A DNA stretch of 64,000 bases from Cyanophyceae cyanobacterium (GCA_050331735.1 JBHJGN010000046.1:19424-83423), one strand, 5' to 3'; positions 10,150 through 20,762 are shown, numbered from the stretch's first letter. Translations and numbers: made by a program. The notes: a model not told the origin generated them from the letters alone.

Positions 10150-11235
10150 CTACTGAAATAGCTGCTGAATGCCCGGGAGGTTAGCCGTGTCGCGGACGAT
10201 TAAAAAGACTCCTAACCCCAGCAGCAACACTAGCCCGGTCTGCATAATGCCGTCTTGGACTTTACTCGGTAGCGGCTTACCCCGGACTCCTTCTATGGCT
10301 AGGAAAGCAAGCTGACCTCCGTCAAGAGCGGGCAGCGGCAAAATGTTAATAATCGCCAGGTTGATGCTAATCAGAGCACCAAACTGAAACAGATTCCCGA
10401 GATCGTTACGAGCCAATTCAGCGCCGACGGCGACAATCGCTACCGGACCCGCGACCTGTTCGGCATTCTCTCTAAAGTTGAGAATCAGTTGACTGAATCC
10501 CTGAGCCGTCAGAACCGCGATACGCTGGTATTCTCTAGCTCCAGCGGCAAAGGCTTCAACTAGCCCCGAAGAGCGTTGGCGGATGACCTCACCATTAGGA
10601 GCCAGCATCACGCCAATTTTTCCTTTTCCGTCTTCTCCTCCCTGCGGGGTGACCTCTAAAATCACGGTGTCGTCGCCGCGCTGAACCTCAAATTCCAGAG
10701 ACTGAGAAGGCGAATTTTGAATCGTCTGACGCAAGCGGGTAATAGCCTCCCGCGAAGCTCCCAGCTCTTGCCCGTCCACGGCAACAATCAGATCGCCATC
10801 CTCGAGTCCGGCGGCAGAAGCCGCAGACTGTTCCATTACCTGCGGCACCGAAACTCCTGGCTGATAGCTAATTTCCTGAAAGCCGACGGTAGCCGCCTGA
10901 CCAACCAGCAGGAAATAGGCGAAAACCAAATTAGCAATCACTCCAGCGCTGATCACAATCGCCCGATCGAGCACGGGACGATTGCGAAGCAAATCTGGAT
11001 CGTTAGGAGGAATTTCGCTCTCCGGGTCGTCATCGGGAAAGCCGACATACCCTCCTAGCGGGAAAGCGCGCACGGCATATTCGGTTTCCGGGCCCTGGTA
11101 TTTAGCCAAAACAGGACCAAAACCAATGGAGAAACGGTTAACGTGAATTCCTTGAGCGCGGGCTGCTGTAAAGTGACCAAGTTCGTGAACTACGATTAAG
11201 AGCGCCAAAACTGCGATCGCCGCCAGGACTGACAT
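10150..11235 (-). CDS. rseP: RIP metalloprotease RseP
   Basis: HELGH, PDZ domain and NILPLPALDGG. Confidence 0.96.
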   Translation of the reverse strand: MSVLAAIAVLALLIVVHELGHFTAARAQGIHVNRFSIGFGPVLAKYQGPETEYAVRAFPLGGYVGFPDDDPESEIPPNDPDLLRNRPVLDRAIVISAGVIANLVFAYFLLVGQAATVGFQEISYQPGVSVPQVMEQSAASAAGLEDGDLIVAVDGQELGASREAITRLRQTIQNSPSQSLEFEVQRGDDTVILEVTPQGGEDGKGKIGVMLAPNGEVIRQRSSGLVEAFAAGAREYQRIAVLTAQGFSQLILNFRENAEQVAGPVAIVAVGAELARNDLGNLFQFGALISINLAIINILPLPALDGGQLAFLAIEGVRGKPLPSKVQDGIMQTGLVLLLGLGVFLIVRDTANLPGIQQLFQ

Positions 11236-11578
11236 AGTGTTAAGAATAGGTGAATATTTTGTCTCTTGTATATTCTAAGACATCAGCGCTGTGTGTCTGA
11301 TGATTCCTTTGAAAAAGGAACTGAAGATGGCAATAATCACTGAGCAGCAAAACAGTAGCCAACCCGACAACGCCGACTATTGCTGCTGCGGCGCGACCGT
11401 GCTCAGAAATTAGAGATAAAAGTGCTGCTAAATCTTCAAAGTGTGAGTCAATTAATAGAAAGGCTATCTCAATCGTTAGCGCTCTCGCCTGATGAGACAA
11501 CGCGGTAGATTTTTGTGTGCTTCGTCATTGGTCTTCTCTCTTTTGTGCCAATGACCAGCGATCTAATGACTAACAGGA

Positions 11579-12694
11579 GTGGATTTCTTAGATATGTTCG
11601 ACTGTATTGTGGTGGGGGCTGGACCAGCCGGAGGAAGTGCTGCTTATCATTTAGCTAAACAGGGGCGCTCAGTGGTCGTTTTGGAAAAAGCAGCCTTGCC
11701 CCGATATAAACCCTGTGGGGGCGGAGTGGCTCCGGTGGTGCAGGAATGGTTTGATTTTGATTTTTCTCCAGCGATTTCTCTCAAAATTGATTCAGTCTGC
11801 TATACCTGGAAACAAGGCGATGCGGTGACAGCCAACCTCGAGAGAGAGATTTGGCTGGTGCGACGAGATGTTTTCGATCATTTCCTCGTCAAGCAGGCTC
11901 AGAAGCAGGGGGCTCAACTGCGAGAGCGAACAGCCGTTCAAGGAATAGAATACCAAAGCGATCGCTGGCAGATTACGACGACGAACGAGCCAGTGACAGG
12001 ACGCTATCTAATTGCCGCCGATGGTGCTAAGGGGTCTCTAGCGAGTTGGCTCGGGTTTAAGCAGCGTCAGCGGCGAGTTGCCGGAGCGTTGGAAGTCGAA
12101 GTGGCGGTGGCACCGCAAAATAAGCCCCGTCTGTACCTAGAATTTGGAACGGTCAACAACGGCTACGCCTGGAACTTCCCTAAAGCGAACGGCTACTCGA
12201 TTGGGGCTGGCAGTTTTTTTGGGGGAAAGCAAAAGTTAAAGAGAACTTTAGCCCAGTATGCCACCTGGTTCGGTGTTGACTTAAACTCCGGTCAACACTG
12301 GGGCCATCCGCTGTTTCTGTGGGACGGACAGCAAAAGCTGCATACTCAAAACGCCGTTTTAGCCGGAGAAGCTGCCTGCGTGGTCGATCCGTTTACGGCT
12401 GAGGGAATTCGTCCCTCGATGTTCAGCGGCATCCAGGCAGCCCAGGCCGTTCATGGCGCTCTTGCTGGCAATCTAAATGCCCTCGAGCAATACACGCGGA
12501 TCATAAACGAGGAGTGGGGAACGCAGATGGTATGGGCGCGTCGTTTAGCACAGATATTCTATCGCCTGCCTCAGCTTGGCTATCAGGCGGGTATTAAGCG
12601 ACCGCAAGCGACGGCAACCATGAATCAATTAATGACCGGAGAGTTGCGCTACTCAGATGTGGCTCAATCAGCTCTGAGGCGATTCAGTTTTTAG
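11579..12694 (+). CDS. Geranylgeranyl reductase family FAD-dependent oxidoreductase
   Basis: GAGPAG, RYKPCGG, GYAWNFPK and GEAA..VDPFTAEGI motifs. Confidence 0.88.
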   Translation: MDFLDMFDCIVVGAGPAGGSAAYHLAKQGRSVVVLEKAALPRYKPCGGGVAPVVQEWFDFDFSPAISLKIDSVCYTWKQGDAVTANLEREIWLVRRDVFDHFLVKQAQKQGAQLRERTAVQGIEYQSDRWQITTTNEPVTGRYLIAADGAKGSLASWLGFKQRQRRVAGALEVEVAVAPQNKPRLYLEFGTVNNGYAWNFPKANGYSIGAGSFFGGKQKLKRTLAQYATWFGVDLNSGQHWGHPLFLWDGQQKLHTQNAVLAGEAACVVDPFTAEGIRPSMFSGIQAAQAVHGALAGNLNALEQYTRIINEEWGTQMVWARRLAQIFYRLPQLGYQAGIKRPQATATMNQLMTGELRYSDVAQSALRRFSF

Positions 12695-12810
12695 CCGCTA
12701 CATTTCGTGGCCGCCACTCGCCCACAAAGCGTTCTCCAGGTTTAAGGGGCTGTTTAACCCCGCTGGCGACGCTTTAACGTTACGCCATGAATTTCCGTAC
12801 GGAAAGTAGA

Positions 12811-13113
12811 TTAATCTTCTTCTTTACCGGAACTGGGAGAGGCGTTGTAAAGAGCGTCGAGCTGTTCGCGAGCATCTTCAACTGAAACCGACCGCATCAC
12901 TAGGAGAGGTTCGTTGAGCGGTCTGCCGTCGCTGTCTAATAATTCAGGATGAGAGGTTTTTGATTGATAAACATTAGGACTTCTAGAGGATGATGGTTGG
13001 GCTGCGCTATAGCGACGCTGATCGGCACTAATAGTGATTAAGCTGCGAATAAGGTTGCTAATGGCAATAAAAGCGATAACTGTAAAAGCAAGGATGTAAA
13101 GTAAGTGAAGCAT
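12811..13113 (-). CDS. DUF2973-like protein
   Basis: N-terminal TM segment; HPELLD..G...NEPLLV motif. Confidence 0.8.
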   Translation of the reverse strand: MLHLLYILAFTVIAFIAISNLIRSLITISADQRRYSAAQPSSSRSPNVYQSKTSHPELLDSDGRPLNEPLLVMRSVSVEDAREQLDALYNASPSSGKEED

Positions 13114-13218
13114 AAATCATTTCTCCAGTCGCGACTTAGTTTAAATTTAATAGTTAGTAAATACTAAATTTCAGTAAAGTCTGATTCCCTTAGCTTATCA
13201 AGGAGGAATCGAACTCTT

Positions 13219-13608
13219 TTAGGAGCTGGATTGAGCTTGCTCATCGCAGCCACCGGAGCTATCTTCAGTGTGCCAGTTGACACCGGAACGTTGAGTTTCT
13301 TTGAGCGATCGCCACCGCGCCGATACTTGCCAGCACTCTGTGACGAGCTGATGCCAGGGAACGAGGGTGGCTGTGTCGAGTCCTGCTTGTTCTCCAGTAG
13401 CTTTGAACAGCATTTTGGCCGTGCTTACCTCTTGCTGGGCAGTTTTCAGGCGCTCTAGCAATTCTGCTTGTTCTGGGGAGGAAAGAAAGGAAATTTCCTC
13501 AGATTCTAATAGAGAGCGCGAGCGTGAAAACCAGTATTGGAAATCTTCTAAGAGAGGTTCTAGGACGGCTTTGAGAAGTTCTTTCTCAGTAGGATTAGAC
13601 TGAGGCAT
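13219..13608 (-). CDS. DUF2605-like protein
   Basis: LLEDFQYWFSRS and PWHQLVTECW motifs; usual neighbour of thrS. Confidence 0.8.
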   Translation of the reverse strand: MPQSNPTEKELLKAVLEPLLEDFQYWFSRSRSLLESEEISFLSSPEQAELLERLKTAQQEVSTAKMLFKATGEQAGLDTATLVPWHQLVTECWQVSARWRSLKETQRSGVNWHTEDSSGGCDEQAQSSS

Positions 13609-13802
13609 ATTTTAAAACAGCTTTAATCATCTACCCGCTATCTTAGCGTTTTTTATAATTCTTAACACTCCTCCCAAAGATAGTTCTTGGTGCTGATGGA
13701 CTGACCATAGAACACAGCCAAATTGAACTAAGGTCAGTACTATAGATGTAGTGCTATTTTATAGCAACAATTAGTTGAAACAACGCACCCGTTAAATAGC
13801 CA

Positions 13803-15614
13803 ATGTTAACTGCTGAATCTGTTCAGGAAAAAATTTCCCTTCCCCGCACGAGTGAATCTGAACCCCTCCAGAAAATTCGCCATACGACTTCTCATATTAT
13901 GGCGATGGCGGTACAGAAGCTCTTTCCTCAAGCACAGGTAACGATTGGTCCTTGGACGGAAACGGGTTTTTACTACGATTTTGATTTGCCGGAACCTCTC
14001 ACCGAAAAGGATTTAAAGGCGATCAAAAAAGAAATGATTAAAATTATCAACCGCAAACTCCCGGTAGTGCGGGAAGAAGTAACGCGCGAAGAAGCCCAAC
14101 GACGCATTCACGACCTCAAAGAACCCTACAAGCTCGAAATTTTAGAGGGAATTGAAGACCCAATTACGATTTATCATCTTGGAGAAGAGTGGTGGGATTT
14201 GTGTGCCGGTCCCCATGTCGAAAATACGAGCAATATCAATCCTAAAGCGCTAGAACTAGAAAGCGTCGCCGGAGCCTACTGGCGCGGGGACGAGAATAAC
14301 CCTCAGCTCCAGCGGATCTATGGAACAGCGTGGGAAACGCCCGAACAGCTAGCTGAATATAAGCGCCGTAAAGAAGAAGCGCTGCGGCGGGATCATCGCA
14401 AACTTGGTAAAGAACTTGGCTTGTTTGTTTTTGCTGATGTAGTTGGTCCGGGATTACCGCTGTGGACTCCCAAAGGCACGATCCTGCGCTCGACGCTAGA
14501 GGACTTTCTCAAGCAAGAACAGCTTAAGCGCGGCTATCTGCCCGTGGTGACTCCTCATATTGCTAAGGTCGATCTGTTTAAAACCTCCGGACATTGGCAG
14601 AAATATCACGAGGATATGTTTCCGATGATGGCAGAAGATGAGCAAGCTGCTGCCCTCGAACAGGGTTTTGTTCTCAAGCCGATGAACTGCCCGTTCCACA
14701 TTCAGATTTACAAAAATGAGCTGCGGTCCTACCGCGATTTACCGATGCGGCTAGCAGAGTTCGGCACTGTCTATCGCTACGAGCAGTCGGGAGAACTGGG
14801 CGGATTAACGAGAGTGCGCGGTTTTACGGTAGATGACTCGCACCTGTTCGTGACTCCAGAACAGCTCGATGAAGAGTTTTTAAGCGTGGTCGAGCTGATT
14901 TTGTCGGTCTTTAGCAGCCTTCAGCTCCAGAATTTTAAAGCTCGGTTGAGCTTCCGCGATCCGGCGGCGGATAAATATATTGGGTCAGATGAAGCCTGGG
15001 ACAAAGCCGAAGGAGCGATCCGCCGCGCCGTTGAAAAGCTGGGAATGGAGCATTTTGAGGGGATCGGAGAAGCCGCCTTTTATGGTCCAAAGCTGGACTT
15101 TATTTTTCAGGATGCCCTGGAGCGCGAATGGCAGCTTGGAACGGTACAGGTAGACTACAACCTCCCTGAACGCTTCAACTTGGAATACGTCGCTGAGGAC
15201 GGCTCTCGCCAGCGTCCGGTGATGATTCACCGGGCTCCGTTTGGGTCACTGGAGCGGCTGATTGGCATCTTGATTGAAGAGTACGCTGGCGATTTTCCGC
15301 TGTGGCTGGCTCCAGTCCAGGCTAGGCTTCTACCCGTTAGCGATCAGCATCTCGATTTCGCCCAGCAAGCGGCGGCGGAGCTGAGAGCCGCAGGCATTCG
15401 GGCTGAAGTGGACACTAGCGGCGAACGCTTGGGTAAATCGATTCGCAACGCTGAAAAGCAGAAGATTCCCGTGATGGCAGTTGTCGGTGCGAAGGAAGTC
15501 GAGTCGAATAGCCTCAGCGTTCGCACCCGAGTTACTGGAGAACTGGGGACGCTTCCCGTTGCGGAAGTCGTTGATAAAATAAAGGCAGCGATCGCCGAGC
15601 ATCGCAACTTCTAA
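13803..15614 (+). CDS. thrS: Threonine--tRNA ligase
   Basis: DLCAGPH, RDHRKLG, KPMNCP, FYGPK and IHRA motifs. Confidence 0.99.
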   Translation: MLTAESVQEKISLPRTSESEPLQKIRHTTSHIMAMAVQKLFPQAQVTIGPWTETGFYYDFDLPEPLTEKDLKAIKKEMIKIINRKLPVVREEVTREEAQRRIHDLKEPYKLEILEGIEDPITIYHLGEEWWDLCAGPHVENTSNINPKALELESVAGAYWRGDENNPQLQRIYGTAWETPEQLAEYKRRKEEALRRDHRKLGKELGLFVFADVVGPGLPLWTPKGTILRSTLEDFLKQEQLKRGYLPVVTPHIAKVDLFKTSGHWQKYHEDMFPMMAEDEQAAALEQGFVLKPMNCPFHIQIYKNELRSYRDLPMRLAEFGTVYRYEQSGELGGLTRVRGFTVDDSHLFVTPEQLDEEFLSVVELILSVFSSLQLQNFKARLSFRDPAADKYIGSDEAWDKAEGAIRRAVEKLGMEHFEGIGEAAFYGPKLDFIFQDALEREWQLGTVQVDYNLPERFNLEYVAEDGSRQRPVMIHRAPFGSLERLIGILIEEYAGDFPLWLAPVQARLLPVSDQHLDFAQQAAAELRAAGIRAEVDTSGERLGKSIRNAEKQKIPVMAVVGAKEVESNSLSVRTRVTGELGTLPVAEVVDKIKAAIAEHRNF

Positions 15615-15647
15615 AATGAGTTGGACCGGACCGCCCGCTAGACACAA

Positions 15648-15800
15648 TTAGTTGTTCTCTTCTGTAGACTCTACTTCTTCTTTCTGCTGCCGATTGAAGC
15701 GTCTTGAAGAGAAACGCTTAGAAGATGATTTACGAAACTTACGAGCGTAAGCTTTGTTACGCTCGGCTTTTTCTTTCTTTAAATTACGACGTTTAGCCAT
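15648..15800 (-). CDS. Small basic protein (50 aa)
   Basis: MAKRRNLKKEKAERNKAYARKFRK...; GAGG RBS just upstream of ATG at 15800. Confidence 0.8.
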   Translation of the reverse strand: MAKRRNLKKEKAERNKAYARKFRKSSSKRFSSRRFNRQQKEEVESTEENN

Positions 15801-15938
15801 TACTACCTCATCAAAAATCACAAAACGCTTCTGGTGAGAATCGGTTGAATCATCTTTTTTCGTTCCAGAAGCGTCTGAAGACAGCTTAAGTACTGCCAAC
15901 AGCCTGGTGTTCCAGCGCTTGCTAATTCAATGCCAAAA

Positions 15939-16232
15939 CTAATAGTTAGAGCTGAAGCTGCGTCTATCGCTGTTGAAATCGTTTTTGCTGGTTTTGGGTC
16001 TTGCTTTGTTCACGCGCAGGACTCTGCCCATCCATTTAGCGCCATTCAACTCTTCAATAGCTTTCTCTTCTTGAGTTTCATCTTCAAGTTCGACAAAGCC
16101 AAACCCTCTGACACGACCGGACTCTCGGTCTACAGGAAGGGTGACGTTTTTGACGGTTCCGTACTCAGCAAAGACCTCCTCTAAATCCTGAGCGGTTGCT
16201 TCATAGGATAAGTTACCAATATAAATTGTCAT
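15939..16232 (-). CDS. RRM RNA-binding protein (Rbp family)
   Basis: RNP2 IYIGNL and RNP1 RGFGFV. Confidence 0.96.
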   Translation of the reverse strand: MTIYIGNLSYEATAQDLEEVFAEYGTVKNVTLPVDRESGRVRGFGFVELEDETQEEKAIEELNGAKWMGRVLRVNKARPKTSKNDFNSDRRSFSSNY

Positions 16233-16483
16233 GACATCTCCATCTGACCGATTAGCTCAGATGAAGCTCGGTAGGAGATCCTCAAACTAAGACCGAAGCT
16301 CAGCAGTATCTGGACACTCTGGATTCAGCGTGAAAACTCACAAAAAAAATGAACCGCGAACTCGACCGAACTTACATCTATACTGTACTTTGCTATTGTA
16401 ACTGCTGTCAGTGTTTTAGGTAGAAGAATCAACGATTTTGTTAACTTAGCGGTTGTCATTTTGTGAGCGAAAGAGGCCTGAAA

Positions 16484-16633
16484 ATGCTGGGTGCAATCGC
16501 CGGAGATGTGATTGGTTCTGTTTACTATGGTAAAGTCCCGGAGGCGATCGCTCAGCAAACCTTAAATCTCCTCGACGAACCGCTACGCCTGGTTACTCAA
16601 GCATTTATGGACAAGTATTGGCAGCCTAGCTAG
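16484..16633 (+). pseudogene. Internally deleted ADP-ribosylglycohydrolase remnant (49 aa)
   Basis: MLGAIAGDVIGSVY (family N-terminus) joined directly to YGKVPEAIAQQTLNLLDEPLRLVTQAF (family C-terminus). Confidence 0.75.
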
Positions 16634-16755
16634 ATGCTATGCTCCTAGAAATATTGGGACTGATGGTGAGGCGATCGTCCAGTGCAGGCAGTCGCCTGTT
16701 TAGTTCTTATCAACTTCAGTGGCCATACTTAATTTGTCATCAAGAAGCATGAGGT

Positions 16756-17661
16756 ATGTCGAAGCAATTGCCTTCCATTACAGTAGATCTGCTGCAGGAA
16801 CAATCTCATCAGCAGGTTCTAGGCTCGTCTGACCGTCACTTTAGAGTTGCGAACGAGAAATTTGTCATCGAACACCATCGCCACCCTGCCCATGAAATTC
16901 AGCACTGTTCTGTCTTTCAAGCTGGTGTAATCCTAAACTTAGGAGGAACCTATAATGCAGAGCAGTGGTTTGATGGTAAGTTTACCGAAAATCAGTTTGA
17001 ACCAGGAGACTTGATTGTTTTCCCTGCTGAGATCTCTCATCGGGTAATCTGGGATAGACCCATTGAATTTTTGATGGTGGGATTTAGTACGTCGCTCCTT
17101 CAGCAAACAACAATAGAACTTATCGGTGTCGATAAGTTCTCTGCAAATCCTGCCGAGATTGTTCCTCACAATAAGTTAAGCGATCCTCTCATCCATCAAA
17201 TTGGCTTAGCGTTGACAACCGAATTTCAGAGCAATGGTACGCTGAGTTCTCTATATGCTGAGTCAATGGTCAAGGCGCTACTGGTTCATCTACTCCAGCG
17301 CTACTCCTTTCACCCCTATTCGCCGCCGGAATTATCTAACTGTCTATCGCCCCTTAAACTTAAACGAGTTATTGAGTATATTCACGAGAACACAGCGCAG
17401 AATCCCAGTCTAGCTGAACTGGCAGCTATTGCTCAAATGAGTCCCAACTATTTTTCTCGCCTGTTTAAACAAGCGACTGGGTTATCTCCTCATCGATACA
17501 TTATTCAGCAAAGGCTAAACACAGCCAGGAAGCTTTTGAGAACTAATTTATCAATTACAGACATAGCAGAACAGGCAGGTTTTGCCAGCCAGAGCCATTT
17601 AACAACGGCCTTCCGCAAACATCTATCTATTACTCCGAAGAAATATCGGGAAAAGCTCTGA
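16756..17661 (+). CDS. AraC family transcriptional regulator
   Basis: C-terminal double HTH (FSRLFKQATG, GFASQSHLT). Confidence 0.95.
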   Translation: MSKQLPSITVDLLQEQSHQQVLGSSDRHFRVANEKFVIEHHRHPAHEIQHCSVFQAGVILNLGGTYNAEQWFDGKFTENQFEPGDLIVFPAEISHRVIWDRPIEFLMVGFSTSLLQQTTIELIGVDKFSANPAEIVPHNKLSDPLIHQIGLALTTEFQSNGTLSSLYAESMVKALLVHLLQRYSFHPYSPPELSNCLSPLKLKRVIEYIHENTAQNPSLAELAAIAQMSPNYFSRLFKQATGLSPHRYIIQQRLNTARKLLRTNLSITDIAEQAGFASQSHLTTAFRKHLSITPKKYREKL

Positions 17662-17663
17662 TC

Positions 17664-17715
17664 TGAAGATTGTGAAATTGATCGTAAGTTCCTGTAAGAC
17701 AGTTGAAAGAACCGC
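17664..17715 (+). promoter_or_regulatory. Possible AraC-type direct-repeat operator upstream of the cupin gene
   Basis: Imperfect direct repeats AAGATTGTGAAA / AAGTTCCTGTAA about 21 bp apart. Confidence 0.35.
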
Positions 17716-17823
17716 GTTATATGCTGTTTTCAAAGCGAGAAGTCAATTTTCGGAAGGTTGAGACGAAAGTAGTCATAGTTAGTTTCACACAGACACTGTA
17801 CTAATCAATCAAATAGGAGCTTA

Positions 17824-18330
17824 ATGACAATGACAATTCCTCAGGACGGACTTGTTGTTCAACCGGGTCAGGGACATTCCTACTATCTTGGCGACAACCT
17901 ATATACCTTCAAAGTCATAGGGGAAGATACTGGGGGAGTGTATGCACTCTGTGAGATCACTGTTGCGCCTCAAAGCGGCTCACCGCCTCATCGACACACG
18001 CGAGAAGATGAATCATTTTACGTTCAAGATGGAGAAATAGAATTTCAGCTTGGCGAGCGTACTCTCGTTGGAACGGCTGGGACTTTCCTGTATTCACCGA
18101 GAGGTCAAGTTCATCAATACACGAATGCCACTGCTTCACCGGCTAAATTACTGATTTGGGTCACTCCTTCTGGTTTTGAGAAATTCATCGCCGAAGCAGG
18201 AAAAGCCGCAAACGGTCAGATTACTGCTGGAGCAGCATTAAGTTCTGAAGACTTAGACAAGATTCTTACCACGGCCCCTAAGTACGGTCTCGAAATTATA
18301 CCTCCAAGCTCGGCTCGTGAAGGTAGGTGA
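17824..18330 (+). CDS. Cupin protein, quercetin 2,3-dioxygenase-like
   Basis: PPHRHTREDESFYV...PRGQVH. Confidence 0.88.
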   Translation: MTMTIPQDGLVVQPGQGHSYYLGDNLYTFKVIGEDTGGVYALCEITVAPQSGSPPHRHTREDESFYVQDGEIEFQLGERTLVGTAGTFLYSPRGQVHQYTNATASPAKLLIWVTPSGFEKFIAEAGKAANGQITAGAALSSEDLDKILTTAPKYGLEIIPPSSAREGR

Positions 18331-18382
18331 GCAAAGCGTGTGGAAAGCGCAGAGTAACGGTGACTTAAATAAGGGGCGTTGT

Positions 18383-18410
18383 GATAGCAGCGGTCTTAAC
18401 CGCTACTATC
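18383..18410. terminator. Hairpin between convergent cupin and prlC genes
   Basis: GATAGCAGCGGT-CTTA-ACCGCTACTATC. Confidence 0.55.
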
Positions 18411-18431
18411 GCGTTCTTAAGTGCCTGTCGA

Positions 18432-20507
18432 TCAAGATGCGCTGACCAAGCCGCTATGTCTGAGCAGGGCTTCTGTACTTGGTTCCCGTCCGCGGAAGAC
18501 TTTGAACACCTCCATCGGGGGCAAGCTGCCACCTAACGCCAGCACCGTATCTCGGAAGTGCTTGCCGGTGGTGGCAATCACCTCGTCGGACTCTAAACCA
18601 GCCTCTTCAAACGCAGAGAAGGCATCGGCGCTGAGTACCTCTGCCCACTTGTAGCTATAGTAGCCAGCGGCGTAGCCTCCGGCAAAGATATGACCGAAGG
18701 AACACAAGAAATTGTCCTCTGGTAATGGCTGTAGTACGGTTGTGGTTTGGGCGATGCGATCGCGCAACTGAGCAGGAGTCTCTCGCTTGGGGTCGTAGCG
18801 GTAATGCAGCTCGAGATCGACTAGGCTAAAGTGGAGCTGGCGCAGCATGGCTGAACCGCTCATATAGTTGCGAGCTGCAAGGAGCTTCTGATAGTAGTGT
18901 TCGGGGAGCGTTTCTCCGGTTTCATAGTGCTTGGCCATGCCCATTAGCGTCGGGCGATGGTAGCACCAGTTTTCCATAAACTGACTCGGCAACTCCACCG
19001 CATCCCATTCCACATTGTTAATACCCGAAGCTCCCACGTAGTCTACCCGAGTGAGCATGTGCTGCAATCCGTGACCAAACTCGTGAAAGAGCGTCTCGAC
19101 TTCATCAAAGGTCATCAGGCTTGGCTTGCCGTCTATTGGAGGCGTTTGATTACAGACCAGGTACGCAACAGGTAAACGAGTGGTCAGTTCTCCGGCTGAC
19201 ATTACTTTTGCCCGTCCGATACAGTCGTTCATCCAAGCACCGCCGCGCTTTTCTCCGGGGCGGCTGTAGGGATCGAGGTAGAAGTGAGCCAGCACCTCGG
19301 ATTCATCAGCGACCTGAAAATAGCGCACGTCTTCGTGCCACACCGGGGCTTTCCCGTCAGCGGGAGTAATAGTCACGCCAAAGACGCGTTTGGCTAGGTC
19401 GAATAGTCCTGCTAACACCTGAGTCAGGGAAAAGTAGGGGCGCAGTTCCTCGGCGGTAAAGTCAAACTTCGCTTCCCGCTGCTTTTCTGCCCAAAAGCTG
19501 ACATCCCAATGCTTGATGTCGTCGGTTCCGGCAAAAGCTTTTAACTCGTTCAATTCCTGAACGGCGGCATCGTAGCTGGCGCTGCGGAGTTCTTCGAGGA
19601 GGGTTTCAACCGCCTCAACATCGGGAGCCATTTTCTTAGCGAGGCTCAGCTCGGCATAGTTATTGAAACCGAGTAAAGTGGCTTTTTCCTGACGAAGCTG
19701 AAGAATTTCTTGAATAATCGGATTATTATCGAGTTCGCCCGCTGAAGCGCGGCTAATGAAAGCTCGGTAAAGCTGTTCCCGCAGTTCCCGGTTGGTGTTG
19801 TACTTGAGGAAGGGAATATAGCTGGGGTAGTCGAGGGTAATCACCCAGGGACCAGATTCGGTCGTAGCATCGGTATCGCCTTCAGTCCGGGCGGTTTGAG
19901 CGGCTAAACTGAGAGCGGAGGGGGGTAATCCATCCACCTCTTCTGGCTTGGTTAGCTTGAGCTTAAACGCTTTAGTGGCATCGAGGACGTGGTTAGAAAA
20001 GGTTGTTGACAACTCTGCCAATTTCTGCTGAATTTTGTTGAAGCGATCGCGCTGTTCGCCCTCTAAGCCTACTCCAGACAGTTGGGCATCGCGGATGTTG
20101 GCTGCGACGATGCGCTGTTGTGCTGGTTCGAGATTATCCCAGTCTTTGGCTTTGAGAGTCTGGAAGGCTTCGTAAATCGGCTTGCTTTGCCCCAGCTTAC
20201 TGCCAAACTCAACCACCTGTGGCTGAACGGTTTGGTAAGCTTCTCGCAGTTCGGGGCTATTCTTAACGCCCATCAGATGACCAACAATTCCCCAACTCCA
20301 GCTAATACGCTCTTCGATTTGGGTTAGAGGCTCTACTAACCCCTCCCAGGTTGGGGTCACGTTAGCTTCTAGGTTGGCAAACTCTGCTTCTAGATCAGCC
20401 AAAAGCTGAGTCATGGCGGGAACAACGTGTTCTGAGCGAATTTGAGTAAAAGGGGGTAATCCTTTTCCGATCAGTAAGGGGTTTTCTGTAGCAGTCGCGT
20501 TTGTCAT
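18432..20507 (-). CDS. prlC: Oligopeptidase A (M3 family)
   Basis: HEFGH, WDAVELPSQ and GGYAAGYYSYKWAEV; start MTNATATENPLL at 20507. Confidence 0.96.
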   Translation of the reverse strand: MTNATATENPLLIGKGLPPFTQIRSEHVVPAMTQLLADLEAEFANLEANVTPTWEGLVEPLTQIEERISWSWGIVGHLMGVKNSPELREAYQTVQPQVVEFGSKLGQSKPIYEAFQTLKAKDWDNLEPAQQRIVAANIRDAQLSGVGLEGEQRDRFNKIQQKLAELSTTFSNHVLDATKAFKLKLTKPEEVDGLPPSALSLAAQTARTEGDTDATTESGPWVITLDYPSYIPFLKYNTNRELREQLYRAFISRASAGELDNNPIIQEILQLRQEKATLLGFNNYAELSLAKKMAPDVEAVETLLEELRSASYDAAVQELNELKAFAGTDDIKHWDVSFWAEKQREAKFDFTAEELRPYFSLTQVLAGLFDLAKRVFGVTITPADGKAPVWHEDVRYFQVADESEVLAHFYLDPYSRPGEKRGGAWMNDCIGRAKVMSAGELTTRLPVAYLVCNQTPPIDGKPSLMTFDEVETLFHEFGHGLQHMLTRVDYVGASGINNVEWDAVELPSQFMENWCYHRPTLMGMAKHYETGETLPEHYYQKLLAARNYMSGSAMLRQLHFSLVDLELHYRYDPKRETPAQLRDRIAQTTTVLQPLPEDNFLCSFGHIFAGGYAAGYYSYKWAEVLSADAFSAFEEAGLESDEVIATTGKHFRDTVLALGGSLPPMEVFKVFRGREPSTEALLRHSGLVSAS

Positions 20508-20762
20508 TACGAATCGTTTGTTCTTTTTCTTTACCCTAACGCTAGTCAGAAAAGGATGGGAAATAGCAGAAAAATTTCTACCGCGCTTAGCCAAATCCAT
20601 CAAGCTGTACTTCAGGAGGGAGGTGACATTAAAAAAGGTAGGAAGTCGTCAGGCTTGAGAAGGCAGCTTTGATAGAGGCGTAAGGGATAGAAGGTTTGCT
20701 TTAAAAGGGAAGCGATCAAGAGCGAGAGACAGACACAGGAGGCGATTGTTTGTTCCTTCTAC

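Noticed and set aside
11240..11510. 86-aa minus ORF and a possible frameshifted plus-strand ORF in the rseP/GGR gap
   Set aside because: No recognisable family; cannot be supported without a search
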